Assembly: GCF_964355755.1 (NCBI RefSeq)
Contig: NC_092679.1
Span: forward strand, 4,370,201 to 4,434,200
DNA: 64,000 nucleotides
Direction: 5' to 3'
Source of the DNA: Antedon mediterranea
Lineage: Eukaryota > Animalia > Echinodermata
The notes beneath the pieces were generated by a model. It did no database searches. It was not told where the DNA came from and was given only the letters and a program-made list of their open reading frames with translations. Below are positions 1 through 12,930 of the stretch, piece after piece (the first letter of the stretch is position 1; every line of letters begins with the position of its first letter). Position numbers and translations under genes: made by a program.

Positions 1-155
1 GCATTATTTTCCTAATTAGTCAAGTTGATGTGTTATCTCAGTTGAATGTGTTGACGAATAAAGAATGCTGAGTAGTAAAAGACACACAATTTGATGATAG
101 ATAAAACCACAAACAGTACCACTTATTCTGATGTTTTTTTGTTTTTCTCCTCTTA

Positions 156-454
156 AGCTCTGTCTACACTATCGAACTAATTTGATGTGCCCAAATATAG
201 TAGTGATATGCCCAAATATAGTAGTGATATGCCCAAATATAGTAGTGATATGCCCAAATATAGTAGTGATATGCCCAAATATAGTAGTGATATGCCCAAA
301 TATAGTAGTGATATGCCCAAATATAGTAGTGATATGCCCAAATAATAGTGGTGATATGCCCAAATATAGTAGTGATATTACATCATCATGTCCATATACT
401 GTATGGGCACATCACATTTTTTGTCACATAAAGTTTGATAGTGTAGACAGAGCT
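156..454. mobile_element. MITE family A (PIF/Harbinger-like), copy with expanded internal 21-bp minisatellite
   Basis: TIRs AGCTCTGTCTACACTATC(G/A)AACT / AGTTTGATAGTGTAGACAGAGCT with TTA/TAA flanks. About 9 tandem copies of GTGATATGCCCAAATATAGTA inside, which produce the spurious CPNIVVI ORF. Confidence 0.8.
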
Positions 455-840
455 TAAGGATGTTGATGTTATTGTTACAGATCACAATTATCTGACAAAA
501 TTTATACTAAATCTGAAGTTTAGATTGAAATATTTAATAGCTTTGTCAACAATTTTAATATTAAATTGCAAATGTGAAATTACTTATTTATTTTTTAAAT
601 GATGTACATAGTTTTGACAAGTTGACATGAAATAAAACGGCTATAAAATTGCAATGTCTCAGAATTTATAAAATATTAAAGATATTAGTCTTTGAGGCAG
701 GAAAAAATGTTGTTATTCACAAATTGTATAGTAAAATAATGAATAAAAGATGTTGTTATTTATTTATTAAACATTTCTGAGTGAACACGGCTGTACTGTA
801 TATTTTGTCTAGTCATCAATTCTGTCAGAATAAATGTCTA

Positions 841-1026
841 TAGTCAACTCTCCCAATACTGGACTCTCTCAAAACCGGAAACTCTCCCAAAACTAGACCT
901 TTCTTGAGGTCCGAAATGTCCCAAATTCATTTTTACCATTTAAAAACACATTCCAAATACCAGACTTTTCAGAAAACCAGACAAATTTCGCCAGCCCAAA
1001 GGTGTCCGATATTGGAGAGTTTACTG
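841..1026. mobile_element. Tc1/mariner-pogo (Tigger)-like MITE
   Basis: Imperfect TIRs TAGTCAACTCTCCCAATACTGGAC / GTCCGATATTGGAGAGTTTACTG, flanked by TA on both sides. Confidence 0.6.
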
Positions 1027-1736
1027 TATCATGTGGTGATGTTAGAATGATCATACAACCAACTAATTCTGAAGACCAACTAGATCTTTGTCTATAATAT
1101 TTGTTTTAATTGGTTGCTAGGAAGCACCACTCAAAAAAGCAGTTTGTATTTAAAATTGTTGGCAATCTTTTGGTACATCGATATATATTTTCTAAAATTG
1201 GCGGCTATGAGGTCAATATCTTACTTCTTGCTTTCCGTTTTATAGAAACCTGTTGCTATACATTCTTTCCAAAATAACCCACAGTAAATTACAGTAACTT
1301 GAACTAGTTGGTAATCATATTGACAAATTTGTGTCGCCAAATGCTATGGAACATTTAGTATAGCTTCCCCCAAAGATTTGGTAGTTATTTCATATTGCTG
1401 TTTTTCTGTCTTTATTAAAGTTTGGTAAATCGTTTAAATAGCCATTTACCAAAATCAAATGCAGTATATATTACATTATTGTTTCATAGGTATAGATATT
1501 TTAGGAGATCGTTTATTTATGTTATCATAATTGTTCATAATTTCAAATTTTCTTTCATCAATTTATCGGTAGACATATAATCTTTATTGTTAAATGACAT
1601 TAGATTAGACATTTATTCTGAAGGAATTATTGTAATCCATTTTGTGGTTTCAAAGTCTTGTATATGGACATATTGTATGGTCACTTTCAGTGGTTATCTG
1701 GTTCTGGTCATTACCTGATTTTTGTTTTGTTTTTAG

Positions 1737-4700
1737 CTCGTCCGCCACCTGCCCATGCACCAGTTCCGCCTCCCAGTCAACCACAACCACAGAGACAGAA
1801 CGGACCAGTAGCCAATGACATGTCAAGGTAAGAGATTTTTTACCCAAATCAGAAAGAGAACAAACATGTTAATATCTTGACCTTACCATTTTTCAAAAAA
1901 GGAAATAATTTCATATTTTTCTCCACTGTGTAATTGTTTATGCCATGATTTTTAAACTATTGATATTATGCATTCATAAAACACATTACACACTCTTTAA
2001 AAAAAACCAACAATAATAATTATTAAATATGAAATAAATGTGTAATTTGTTTAAAAATGTCTACAATAAAATGTTCTAAAAATTATACATTCAAAATCTT
2101 TAAAACATTTATAGAAAACAATAAAATGACATTTTACTGTAAATATTAAAAAATTACAAAATATTTAAAATTATACTTAAATTTTAAAACTGCGGTTTAA
2201 ACATTGCAAAAGGCATGCTTTTGTATTAGTGTCTTCAGGCCTTAGAACACATTTGTAATATTTAAAATATTATGCTAATTACATAGTAGTCACATGACAT
2301 ACAGAGATTAATGGAGGGTGATATTATAGTCGCGAAGCAGCAGACAGTCTCTTGAGATTCATGTTCATTTATGACAACTGTGTAACTCGTAGCCGTAGCA
2401 TCGCAATTTTACGACGTACGATTCATAAAAAAATGAAGCTATTGCTGTAAGTTGGGTGAGGTTATTCCATCGTTCGCATGTGCTCTCATTTGTTAAGAAT
2501 GGAAGAAGAACAGTAAGTAGTTTGTGTCTTGTAATGATGTTCTGATTTTTACAATGTGAGAAGTTCAATTTTCCGATGAATCCTTTGCTTATAGCTCGAC
2601 GAAACACAGTATACATTTTGTACAAATGTACTGAATTTAGAACTGCATGAATAAGTTTTTGCGAATAATAATAATATTTTTTTAAACATCTGGCTTGGGT
2701 TTACCACAATGATATCAGGAATAAATTATATTGAAGTTGTGCCGTTATTATTGTAAAATTGAATTTTCATTCTGCATTGTAAAAATGTCAAATTTACATT
2801 TTTACATAAAAACGATTTAATTAAAACATAATATAATCATAATAGTAATAATTAGTTTATCAAATTTTAGCTATATTGAAAATTATTCACTCATATTTGA
2901 ATTTGATGATTAATAATAATAATTAATTAAAATTTTTACTGTAAATATCAAAAACAATTTTTTCAATATTAAATACTTCCATTAATTTATGTTAAGTTAT
3001 GCAAAAAATGGCACGCATAATTTCACCAATTAGAAAAAAAAAGGAATTTTTAGAATTAAAAGTATAGTAATAGTTGCCAAGCTTTATTAAACGTCCATAA
3101 TAATTGTTTGATCATATTTAGAGTTTCAGAATATTGAAACCCTATAATTAATGAACTTGTAGTTTTACCATCATTTTCGTTAAGTAGAATATAAACATAT
3201 TTATAATTCTTAATTCATAAATATTATATGAAGTTTTAAATTTCCTCATTCCATCGTGAGAACAGAATGCATTCAATTGTTAAACAGGAATTGAAAGGCA
3301 TAATCCTAACAAACTTCCTTCTTCAAATATACAAATGTATTTAAATAATAATTACAGTTCCTTATTTGAGTTAATTTATTACTAATTTTCTTGTTGTTCT
3401 TAACAGTCCATCCTGCTGTTTAAACAAACCGTGATAACGCTCCATGATTAATTTTTATATATTGATTTTAAAGGTGTTTAAGATATACTGTTAGTAAATA
3501 TAGCTAGATTTATGGTGCCAGGGAAACTTTAATAAGATGAGTTGTTTATTGTCAAAATCTTATTGTAATTTTGGAGAAGCATACTTGTAGATTTGTGGTT
3601 GACTACCAATCACAGGATACCTGGTCCAAATCCTGCTCTCTTACGTATACATGCGTATGTTTGTATTGTTAATAGACATATTATCTTATTGACAATGCAC
3701 CTAAAAAAAATTTGAAATAGATTACAATCATCTTGTTACTCGAAAAGAGAGTATATGACTGGTTTTAGTTTTGTATTATACTTTATAAAATGTACGTAGC
3801 CCCAAATTATAAATTTACTTTATCAATTATTTTCTTCTTTTTTTTACAGGCAATACGATCAACAAAGACAACAACAACAACAAGCACGGCAGTATAACCC
3901 ACAGAGAAATTCAGGCGAACCAGATCCCCAGCATGTGGTCAACGGATACACTGCTAATAAAGGTCCTTATGATTAATATTCTCCATTTTCAGTTTTTGTA
4001 TTTGTCCTTTTAAGAAATTAAATCATATAGTATTTTCCAATAATGTTAGTAGAGGTTTAGTAGAGAGATCATTCCATAGACTGGTCAGGTATGGTGACAA
4101 ATTTGAATTACGCTTTTTTCGTAGCCCTCTCTCTTCCTGAAACATTTTCCGACATTACGTTATCCATGATTTGGTGGTCTTAATACCCAAATCTCAACCA
4201 CTTATTAACGAGGAAGACTCTAAAGATGCAGCAGTACGTTGCATTACAAGAGTAATTCAATATTTAGCCAAACCACATTAAACTCTGAAATCCTGTATCA
4301 CTAGACCAGGGACCTCCTGATCATTCCATTGCATGTCAATTTAGGATTTTAAAAATGTTATTGGTCCACGTAAAAATGTAAAAATGGAAATTCAATGCAA
4401 AGGAAATAATTTTATTTTCTGTTTCTTTTATATTATGTAGCGCCAAGTAAGCCAGATTCAGCTCCAGTTTCAATAAGTTCAGTGACAATGGTTCCATCTG
4501 GTCCGCCGGCTCCTCCAACATCAGCACCTCCAGCTCCACCCGCACCCCCTGCTCCACCAGCCCCTCCACCTGTACCAACTGTACCAACAGGATTACCCCT
4601 AGGAGCACCCCCAACAGCCCCTCCTGCTGCACCTCCTGCTCCATCACCTAGTGGTGCTCCTCCACCACCGCCACCACCGCCAGTCGGTGGTCCTCCAGCT

Positions 4701-7700
4701 GCCCCTCCACCACCTGGTGCTCCACCCCCACCAGGCGGTGCACCCCCTCCTCCACCAGGACCACCACCAGCTGCTTCTGGAGGAGGTGGAATGTCTTTGA
4801 TGGAACAAATTGCCAGTGCAAAGCTCAAAAAAGCAGTAGGTGTTTTGTTTTAATTTAATTTATTCATGGAAAAAGTGAAATGATGACACATTTTTACCAT
4901 AATTGCATAAGAACCACCAAGTTAAAGTTATCAAATCAATCCTAGTATAAATCCACCCTGGGTTAAAAGCTCACTTTTCATAACACGTCATCCATGCAAA
5001 TTCAATATAGTTTTTGTCAAGTCCACCATCAAACTCAATAGTATGAAAATAATGTGATTATCTAGAAAAATAATTTTTGAATGACACATAATGATTACAT
5101 AAATTGGAATTCCTCAAATAGCTCATGTTGGCTAATATTTTAATAGTATAATTATATTATAAATATATAATTGTTTGAATTTATATTAACTAAATCGTAT
5201 TACTGTATTATTAGTATTATTCTATCCAATTGGTTATCTGTTATCATAATTTTGTTGTAGGAGGCAGCTGCAAATGAGCCACCAAAAAAGCCAGCAGGTG
5301 GGGGCGGTATAGGCAATATGATGTCAGATTTACAAGCTAAACTTGCACTTCGACGGCAACAGCAAGACGTAAGTAACTGATTAGTAGTAGCTTATTATTG
5401 TAGGTCCATTTGACCTTTTGATTTGCGATGACTTAACTATGTCATGTATTTACATATAAATCTCTTCACGACAAATCCCAATCATATATTTCTAATTTAA
5501 TTATACGTAGATCTTCAGTTTCCAAAAGATCTCTTAGGTCGACCACTAATCCATCTGCACTTTTTGTTCCACCCAGCCGCCTTAAGACCTAGTGATCGAG
5601 CCTTTGCAGTTGCAGCTCCTAAACTGTGGAACAATCTTCCTAATCCTATTAAAAATGCATCCTCTATCATGGTTTTCAAAACACTCTTAAAAACCCATCT
5701 TTCTTCTTTGTAATTTTTTTATTCTGTTTTTTCTCTCAGCGCTTTGGGACAACCTTTTGATTGTAAAAAAACGCTTTATAAATTGAACAACATTAAAGAC
5801 CCCTTCCCTACGTTTTTTAGATCTAATTTAAGATCACAAACTATATTTAATGTAAAAATAATACTATATGGTCCTATTGCGATAACTTTTTTCGTCTTTA
5901 AACGGTTATAAATGTGAAAAATAAGTCGATTATAATAATTATAGCGGCCCGCCATAAATCCCAAAATGCATTGCGCGCGGATTGATATGTTTGTTTTTCT
6001 TCTGTAATTCACCCACATCTCGATCGATCGTGAGGCCAAAACAAATGGAAGACTCCTAACTTTTCAGCGAAAATACCGGTTTTCCTCCAATTTGTATGAA
6101 CGGAGTCTGACAAAAATAGAAAGACAATTAAATCAGCAACTATACAACGTCAGGCTAGGTATATAGCTAGCGTACGATATTCGTACGTTACCGATGTTTA
6201 CCAGCTAGGCCTACAAAACTAAGCCTTGCTAAGCTAGGCCTAAGACCGTCCACGAGAGGTCATTCGCCGCGAGCTACTTAGGTAGTGCATTGTTTCTCAC
6301 TTTTTATCATAATTTACCATAAAACGTGCATTTAAGACAAAGAATGACCTGGTTTAATGTTTTTAAAGTAATATATATGGATTATTTTTACAAAACATCA
6401 CAAATTGTAGGGAATGGGTCTTTAACATTAACATCATGTTAGTTCATTGTTCGCATGCGAAAAAGTTTGTGGTTTCTTGGTCCAGGCAATGACCGACGAC
6501 ACATTGACAGACCTGACTGAGGCTCATCGTCGCAAATGAAAGCTCCCTACACCAGTGGTAGTCATTATTTAACCACTATAAATGTATTATTAGATAACGG
6601 CTTATTATTATTGTTCATTGAATGCTGAGCATTATATAATATAAATTTCTTTAGGGTGGATCATCTACTCCTGCTGCGGCAGCTCCACCAGCCACAGCAG
6701 ATAAAACAGTTAGAAATGCAGCGCCAGCACCAGCAACGACAGGTAAACATTTCATTTACAAAGTCTTTTTTACACTAGGTCATTTAAGAGATGTTGATAT
6801 ACAGCAGAACCACCTTTGGTTTTATGTTATGTATACTAATTATTCTCTCATATTATTTTACAGATACGAAAAAGCCATGGGAGAGGAATAACAAATTTGG
6901 ATCAAAGGAGCCTTGTAGCACACCTCCATCATCTTCTCCTAAAATTGGGTAAGTAAACAAATGATATTTTGGTCCGTATAACACCAACAACCAACCAAAA
7001 ATTGTTAGTAAGAATATGTTATTCTAAAAGCAACTTTTAGCAAGTAGGCCTTCATTCCAGCTGGCAAACAATAGTACTGTAGGCCTACAGAATGCTGTAC
7101 CTGGCTTTCAACCTCCCATGGCCTCATCTCTGTGCACAGTATGTATGCAGTATGTTTATAGGGCAGGGCAAAGGTTATTTAACTTATTTTTTTTAATGAT
7201 ATCATTGTTCTTCCTTCTCAAAAAACTCTCTTCTGTGCTATCAGAAAGGGATTATATTGTGTGGTTGATGTGAGGTAAGGTTTATGTCCACTTGAATGCT
7301 TCAACATGTTAATGGTGTCAAACAGGCTGTGTGGTTAGACCAGAGAATTAGTATAAAAGCAGTGGTGTGTTGAAATAGGGAGTGCTTGGCTTCTCAAAAC
7401 GGATAGAAATTGACAATAGCATGTAAATTAAAAACCAAATCAACAAATCGATTACGATCTGCTACCAACATTAACCACACATCACTCTGTTACTGTTTTT
7501 AAAAAATCCTCACTACCAAAGTGCTAGATCCACTTCTGAAAAAAAAATTTTCAAGCCTCTGCAGTGCCTTATCAATAATAATGACCAAGTTTGAGTTGCA
7601 AACTCATTACTGTATTGGTTGACTATATTGAGCTCGTCACCTATACTAAAGTATCTGACATTTGACAATAATGGCTTGAAAAAGAGATTGTAATGAAATT

Positions 7701-8997
7701 ACATATTTGGCCTTCACCCCTACCACAGAGATAAAGCTATCTTGCTAGAGAAGGTATTAGAGTGTGATGCGCGCTTTTGGTAAATTGTTAGCTTTAATTC
7801 TTGCAATATTCACTTATCATATGCTTTGTTTTTGTGCTTACAAGGCAATCTAACAACAGGACACTGAGCTCGTCTTGCCAAGATAAGAACTTATAACAGT
7901 CCTTTGATCTTATGTCTTGCTGCGACAAATCCCTCTTATGTCTTGCTGCGACAAATCCCAACAGTACTGTACTATATGCATATTCTCTGTGGAATGCGGT
8001 GTTTGTTACAGGGGCGTGGAACTGATCCTGTCACAGCCACAGATAAACCCTTTGATCTCCGGAGCTCAGCATCTTGTTGTTAGATTGCCTTGGTTCAATG
8101 AGATTATTATTATGATGTTTCCTCTGATGGTAAACAAAAACACAATTGACACTTAATGCAAAAAAGTAGTACAAATGGGCGATGTTCTGTACCGGGCATC
8201 TAAACGTTTTCTATCTTGAACGAAATATATTAGTACTCAATTTTTTGATTTGATTCCAGACGAAAGTCATCGATAAGCGGGGCAGCTGGACTGCCAAACG
8301 GATTGAATGGAGATTTAGAAAAATTAAAAACGGAGATTGTTAGCGAGATGAAAAAGGAAATTCAGAAAGTGAAAGAAGAAATTATTGAAGGTAAAATGTT
8401 ATTTTACATTATTTAATAAGCTTTTAATGTTGGAAATATCAAAATGCAATTGTTAAAATGCACTTGATATCATTAAACATTACCTCTCAAAATGTGCATG
8501 TATTGTAAAACACTATTGTGAACTTTGAGAAAACAAGTTGTCAAGAAATCTGCATAAATGGGTGGAGCTTACAAAATGCTTGTTTAAGATAAACAGTTGA
8601 TTCTTATTGACAAATTTAGCCATGAATAAAACTGTTTATAATTATTGTGTCACATGTATCACATCATTAATTTTTAATATTTATTTTCTTTAACGTATAA
8701 TTTTACATTTTTTAGTGAAATTTTTATTTTTGGATCTGATTGTCTTTCGAATTGTGAAAATGCTTTATTGTTTTATTATGTACAACAATTTCTTGTTAAT
8801 TCTTGAAGATTTGATTGATATTTCTGTTAATTTTTGGTTTTAAAATGTTGTATTTGTTGTCTGAGGCGCCTTGAAACCAAGGTGGCTCCACCTTGTGAGG
8901 CGCCTCTGTGTAATATATTGAATAATACAAAAAAATAATAATAATTATCCTTTAATTTCTTATTACAGTTATCAGACAAGAATTGAGCAAGCGATAA
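1737..8997 (+). CDS. ena: Ena/VASP family actin regulator, 3' part (proline-rich region and EVH2 domain); EVH1 exons lie upstream of the window or were not found
   Basis: Phase-compatible AG/GT exons: 1737-1827, 3850-3962, 4441-4835, 5261-5368, 6655-6742, 6864-6948, 8260-8390, 8969-8997 (TAA). They encode polyproline GPPPPP-type runs, the G-actin site SLMEQIASAKLKKA, the F-actin site GGGGIGNMMSDLQAKLALRR, KKPWER, and the tetramerisation coil DLEKLKTEIVSEMKKEIQKVKEEIIEVIRQELSKR*. These match EVH2 blocks A-C. Confidence 0.9.
5480..5783 (+). mobile_element. 5'-truncated L2/CR1-group LINE remnant
   Basis: Degenerate translation LRSTT...DRAFAVAAPKLWNNLPNPIKNASSIMVFKTLLKTHL is typical of the L2/CR1 ORF2 C-terminus. 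It is followed by an L2-like 3' tail CAGCGCTTTG...ACGCTTTATAAAT. Confidence 0.75.
5797..6421. mobile_element. Non-autonomous TTAA-targeting DNA transposon (Kolobok-like)
   Basis: 15-bp TIRs AGACCCCTTCCCTAC / GTAGGGAATGGGTCT (1 mismatch), TTAA on both sides, AG...CT termini. Confidence 0.7.
7841..8092. mobile_element. MITE family B, copy 1
   Basis: TIRs CAAGGCAATCTAACAACAGGA / TCTTGTTGTTAGATTGCCTTG. A homologous copy in opposite orientation lies at 18107-18311. Confidence 0.75.
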
Positions 8998-10272
8998 TAA
9001 GTTGATGAAATCAAAATATACAGAGAGTATTAACCACCAATCAACATGTTTTCCATTGGTCATGTGATTACTGGATGCCTTATAATATAATAGATACAAT
9101 CATTCCTCCTTATTGGTAATACTTCGGGGTTCACGGTTTGTTTTTTGGGGATAAGATAAATGTGGAACAAGTCTAGTTTTTTTGTAAATATGACTGAGAA
9201 TAGAAAGACTCTTTTTTGCGTCTTTTCGAACTGAACCAGTGTCGACTGCCAGATTGTATTTGAGTGAAAATCCATGACGGAATTAAGAGTAACTCATACA
9301 ATTTAGATTTATTGTAAATATCATTTAGATATAACGTTTTTTCCAAAAAAAATTAAATTTTTAAGGGATGGTGGGTGGTGAATATTTTGAAGATGAGTTC
9401 CATAGCTTTAAGCATATCCTCCTAAAAATAATAATATTAATTGATAATTCAAATTTAATAATAAAAACAGTTTTTTACATCCATTTCTGACCAGATTGGT
9501 GATACTTTCTTAAGTGAAATTGCCCCGAATATTTTTTTTCTTTTTTCATCCAACATGTTTGGTATTGCAGTAAGCATTTGTATTTTCTTATTCCACAAAA
9601 AAACTTCTTTTTTTCTATTCTTAATTAATCATTGTCAGATTTTGTTTTTTGTATTTTGCAATAAAAATTAGTTAATCGTAATAAATTTTTAGTTAAACCA
9701 ATTTAATCATTTTAATTTTCAACGAAAAATTCAATTAAAATACAAAACAAAAACATGCAAAAAGTTAAATATAAATGCTTATTATGCTAATTTTCTATTC
9801 TGCTAGCATTTATGTACATATTGGAAATGTCTATCAGACTATCAAATGCAAATATAACCAATATAGTTTGTTGTCTTCCAATTGTGGTAAATATTGATTT
9901 GTTTCTCTGATTACATTTACAATTTTTACAATTGGTATTTAATATAAATAAATGTTGTTAAATGTTAAAATTAGTTTTAAATTATTTTGTGATTTGTCTG
10001 GGTTTTTAAAAAAGCAACTCTCTATTCTATATTATATCTTTATTGTTGATTGGCTTTACATTATATGGCTTTTAGTTATATACTGTATTTGATTGAATCC
10101 CTCTTACTGCTGTGAAATATTTCATTTAATAAAATTTACAGTATATTAATATTTGGGACCAAGTAGAGATAAAACAGGCGCAGTTGTTTTCCAAAAATTG
10201 TTTTTATTGTTTCCATGGTAATTTTTAAACACAAACAATTCAGTAATTTATAACTATTTTGATTTGTTATTT

Positions 10273-10353
10273 CAGTAGAACCCCTATTAAAAGTAAACCT
10301 TCGGGACCAAGTGTCCTCCCCTAATAGGGGGTCCAATAAGCGGGGTTTTACTG
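10273..10353. mobile_element. Short pogo/Tigger-like MITE remnant
   Basis: Inverted ends CAGTAGAACCCC...GGGGTTTTACTG, followed by TA. Confidence 0.45.
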
Positions 10354-11229
10354 TAGTTTGGTGGTAACACATTAAAATATACATCCATCATGTAAGATTA
10401 GATGTTTGGATGTCAAAATAGTTTAAACAAAAGCAAGCTTCTTTATAAATGTTTAATGAAAAACACCAAAGAATAAAGTTAATAATTGCATATTTTTCCT
10501 ATTATAGAAAAATATGTTTTATTTCATTTTAAAGAAATAAAATAATAATATACCGCTTATGGTATAAGTCTATTAAGTAATTATCAGGCATAGCGATCCA
10601 GTTTAACTCATTATATTTTTAATTCCCGATAAAATGCTGTCTATAGCGGGTATAAGGCAATACTAATGAAATAGCGGAGACATGTTTATTAACTATAATA
10701 ATCATTCAATAATAATAATAATCGAGGTAGTTAATGTTTTTAAATATTATTGCGCAATCATTCACTTTGTCATTACGATGGATAGCAGCCTTCTAAAGAT
10801 ACACACAACTTTTTGCAGGTATAAAAGTGTGTTTAGATGGTGATAGTCATGGTTATGGTACTCATCATGTGTCTAAAATGAACGACTCAGATTACATAAT
10901 AAATAATTTTACTAGCCAATCAGATTGCCTAATACATAATTTAGCTAATCAAATTATTGATGCAAATCAAGCTAGCAAATTACTTAATTAAAATTTGCTG
11001 TAAAAACAGTATAACTAATTCTTTTATTAAAAATATTTTCAGTTAATAAACATTTTTTCATAAATTTATTAAAATATTTGTTTTTCTTAAGTAAGTCTAA
11101 TTATCATTACATATATAAAAAGTTTCCAGAATGCTTTAAATTTAATATACCAATACTGTAGTAGTTAGTTACCTTAGTTTTATGAGTAATTATGGAAAAA
11201 AAAGTTTAGGAGGTTAGAATTTATACTAA

Positions 11230-11392
11230 CAGGGGCGGATTCAAAGGTAGAGATTGGGGTAGCGGTCCCCCTTTTTGATTGACACTGACAGCTAAAATAA
11301 AATTATGAACTCCAATTTAATATCTATTTTTTACAGACTATTAATATTAAACGTTAGCACTCCCCGGTTAACACATTCTGAATCTGCCCCTG
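11230..11392. mobile_element. hAT-like MITE
   Basis: TIRs CAGGGGCGGATTC / GAATCTGCCCCTG. The 8-bp flanks (TATACTAA vs TATAATTC) match only partly. Confidence 0.55.
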
Positions 11393-11475
11393 TATAATTC
11401 TTAAAATGTTTTTACTATATTTCTGCTAAATTTAGTTTATCAGTATATAAATAGTAAATGCTTGAAGCAATCTAA

Positions 11476-11699
11476 AGCGCTGTCTACACTATCAAACTAG
11501 TTTGACAAACAAAGTTTGATTTGCCCAAATATGGTAGTGATATGGCCAAATATGGTAGTGATATGCCAAAATATGGTAGTGATGTACCCAAAAATGGTAG
11601 TGATGTACCCAAATATGGTAGTGATATGACATTATCGTGTCCATATATGGGCACATCACATTTTTTTGTCACATACAGTTTTATAGTGTAAACAAGGCT
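11476..11699. mobile_element. MITE family A copy with about 4-5 internal 21-bp units
   Basis: Same TIRs as 156-454, TAA direct flanks, tandem CCCAAATATGGTAGTGAT units. Confidence 0.75.
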
Positions 11700-12229
11700 T
11701 AATTTACTTCAGTTTATTTTGAATAATAAGAAGTGTGTACACTTTATGAATCTGGTAGAATATTGTGCGAACAAATTTTTAAAAAATATAAGAAATTTAT
11801 TAAATAAAAGAATTTTCTATCAGTGAAGATAACATGTTTTTTTTACATAAATGAACTGTATGTAGAAAAGTAATTTGATGATTTTGAATATTGTAAAATA
11901 TACTATTTTGTATGAAATGAATACATGTTCTCTATCATTAATATTGTATTTTTATGTATAAGTTAAAAACTATTTTATTCTGTTAGATATTATATTATTT
12001 TTAATACTTATTGTCAATTAGTAAGCATAGATTAATATGAAATTATCATTTATTATAATCTTTTTTTTTGTTATTGATTGAAAGCATTTGTGATTAGCCA
12101 TGTTGTTCAAATTTTCATAAGTATATTGTTCATTTCTGCACCATAGGTTTTCTTGCAGGCTAATCATACTTTTCAGTGTAGTTATAGCCATATTTTTCTC
12201 TGTTCTCAATTCGGTGATTAAAATTCGCT

Positions 12230-12378
12230 GTGGCCATCATCACCAATCGCGCTTAAGTGAAATATTTTCCTTACATAAAGTATTTCACTTAAGTTGATTT
12301 AAGGATTTCACTTTTAGTCAAGATAATGTTTAAAATTGTATTGGTGTTTCCCTAAGTGTGAATGATGAAGATGGCTAC
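12230..12378. mobile_element. Possible degenerate MITE
   Basis: Imperfect inverted ends GTGGCCATCATCACCAATC / GAATGATGAAGATGGCTAC. Confidence 0.35.
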
Positions 12379-12821
12379 TTGCTCTTTTAAGCCCTCTGCT
12401 AAATTTGGATCACTTATTATTATACAAAAGGGCTACATGTGTACATGGGTGTTGGACCACACCCCAATTTTGACCTACTGTAATTAGAGGGTTGGGCATG
12501 TACCCGCCCAAGTACAGTAAATTTAACTATTCCACAAACTACTTATACAGATGTTTTCTATGGGACCTGGGGGATGATTTTTTTTTCTTTTAGGGTTGAG
12601 CTTATAAGATTTAATCATATGGTACCACACGGAGAGTCCAATCAAACCCTTTGTTATAAAACATTTGCCATAATTTACACCTGTAGGTTTGTTCTGAATG
12701 CTAACAAACCAAGAAAGGAAACCATCTGAATTAGAAAGATCCATTGAAAACAATATTTCTAAAGTTTCGTTATGGTTGAGATTTGACTTTGAGATAACTT
12801 TTTATACAGCGTTGTAGTAGT

Positions 12822-12930
12822 ATAGTGTCATAGCGCCCTCTTCTAATAAAGACTGGAAAAAAATGAAAACCCATCTATTATGTTGACAGTGGTGGGATCA
12901 TGTTTTCAGAGAGAGGGCGCTATGACACTA
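12822..12930. repeat. Inverted repeat / small MITE
   Basis: About 20-bp perfect inverted repeat ATAGTGTCATAGCGCCCTCT / AGAGGGCGCTATGACACTAT around a spacer of about 70 bp. Confidence 0.6.

Noticed and set aside
131-457. ORF with (CPNIVVI)n heptad repeats and its antisense counterpart
   Set aside because: It is the translation of the 21-bp minisatellite inside a MITE.
3407-3435. Possible alternative terminal Ena exon after TAACAG
   Set aside because: Only an acceptor-like site followed by 9 codons to a stop, with no other support.
4336-4828. Gly-rich minus-strand ORFs
   Set aside because: They are antisense shadows of the Pro-rich Ena/VASP exon.
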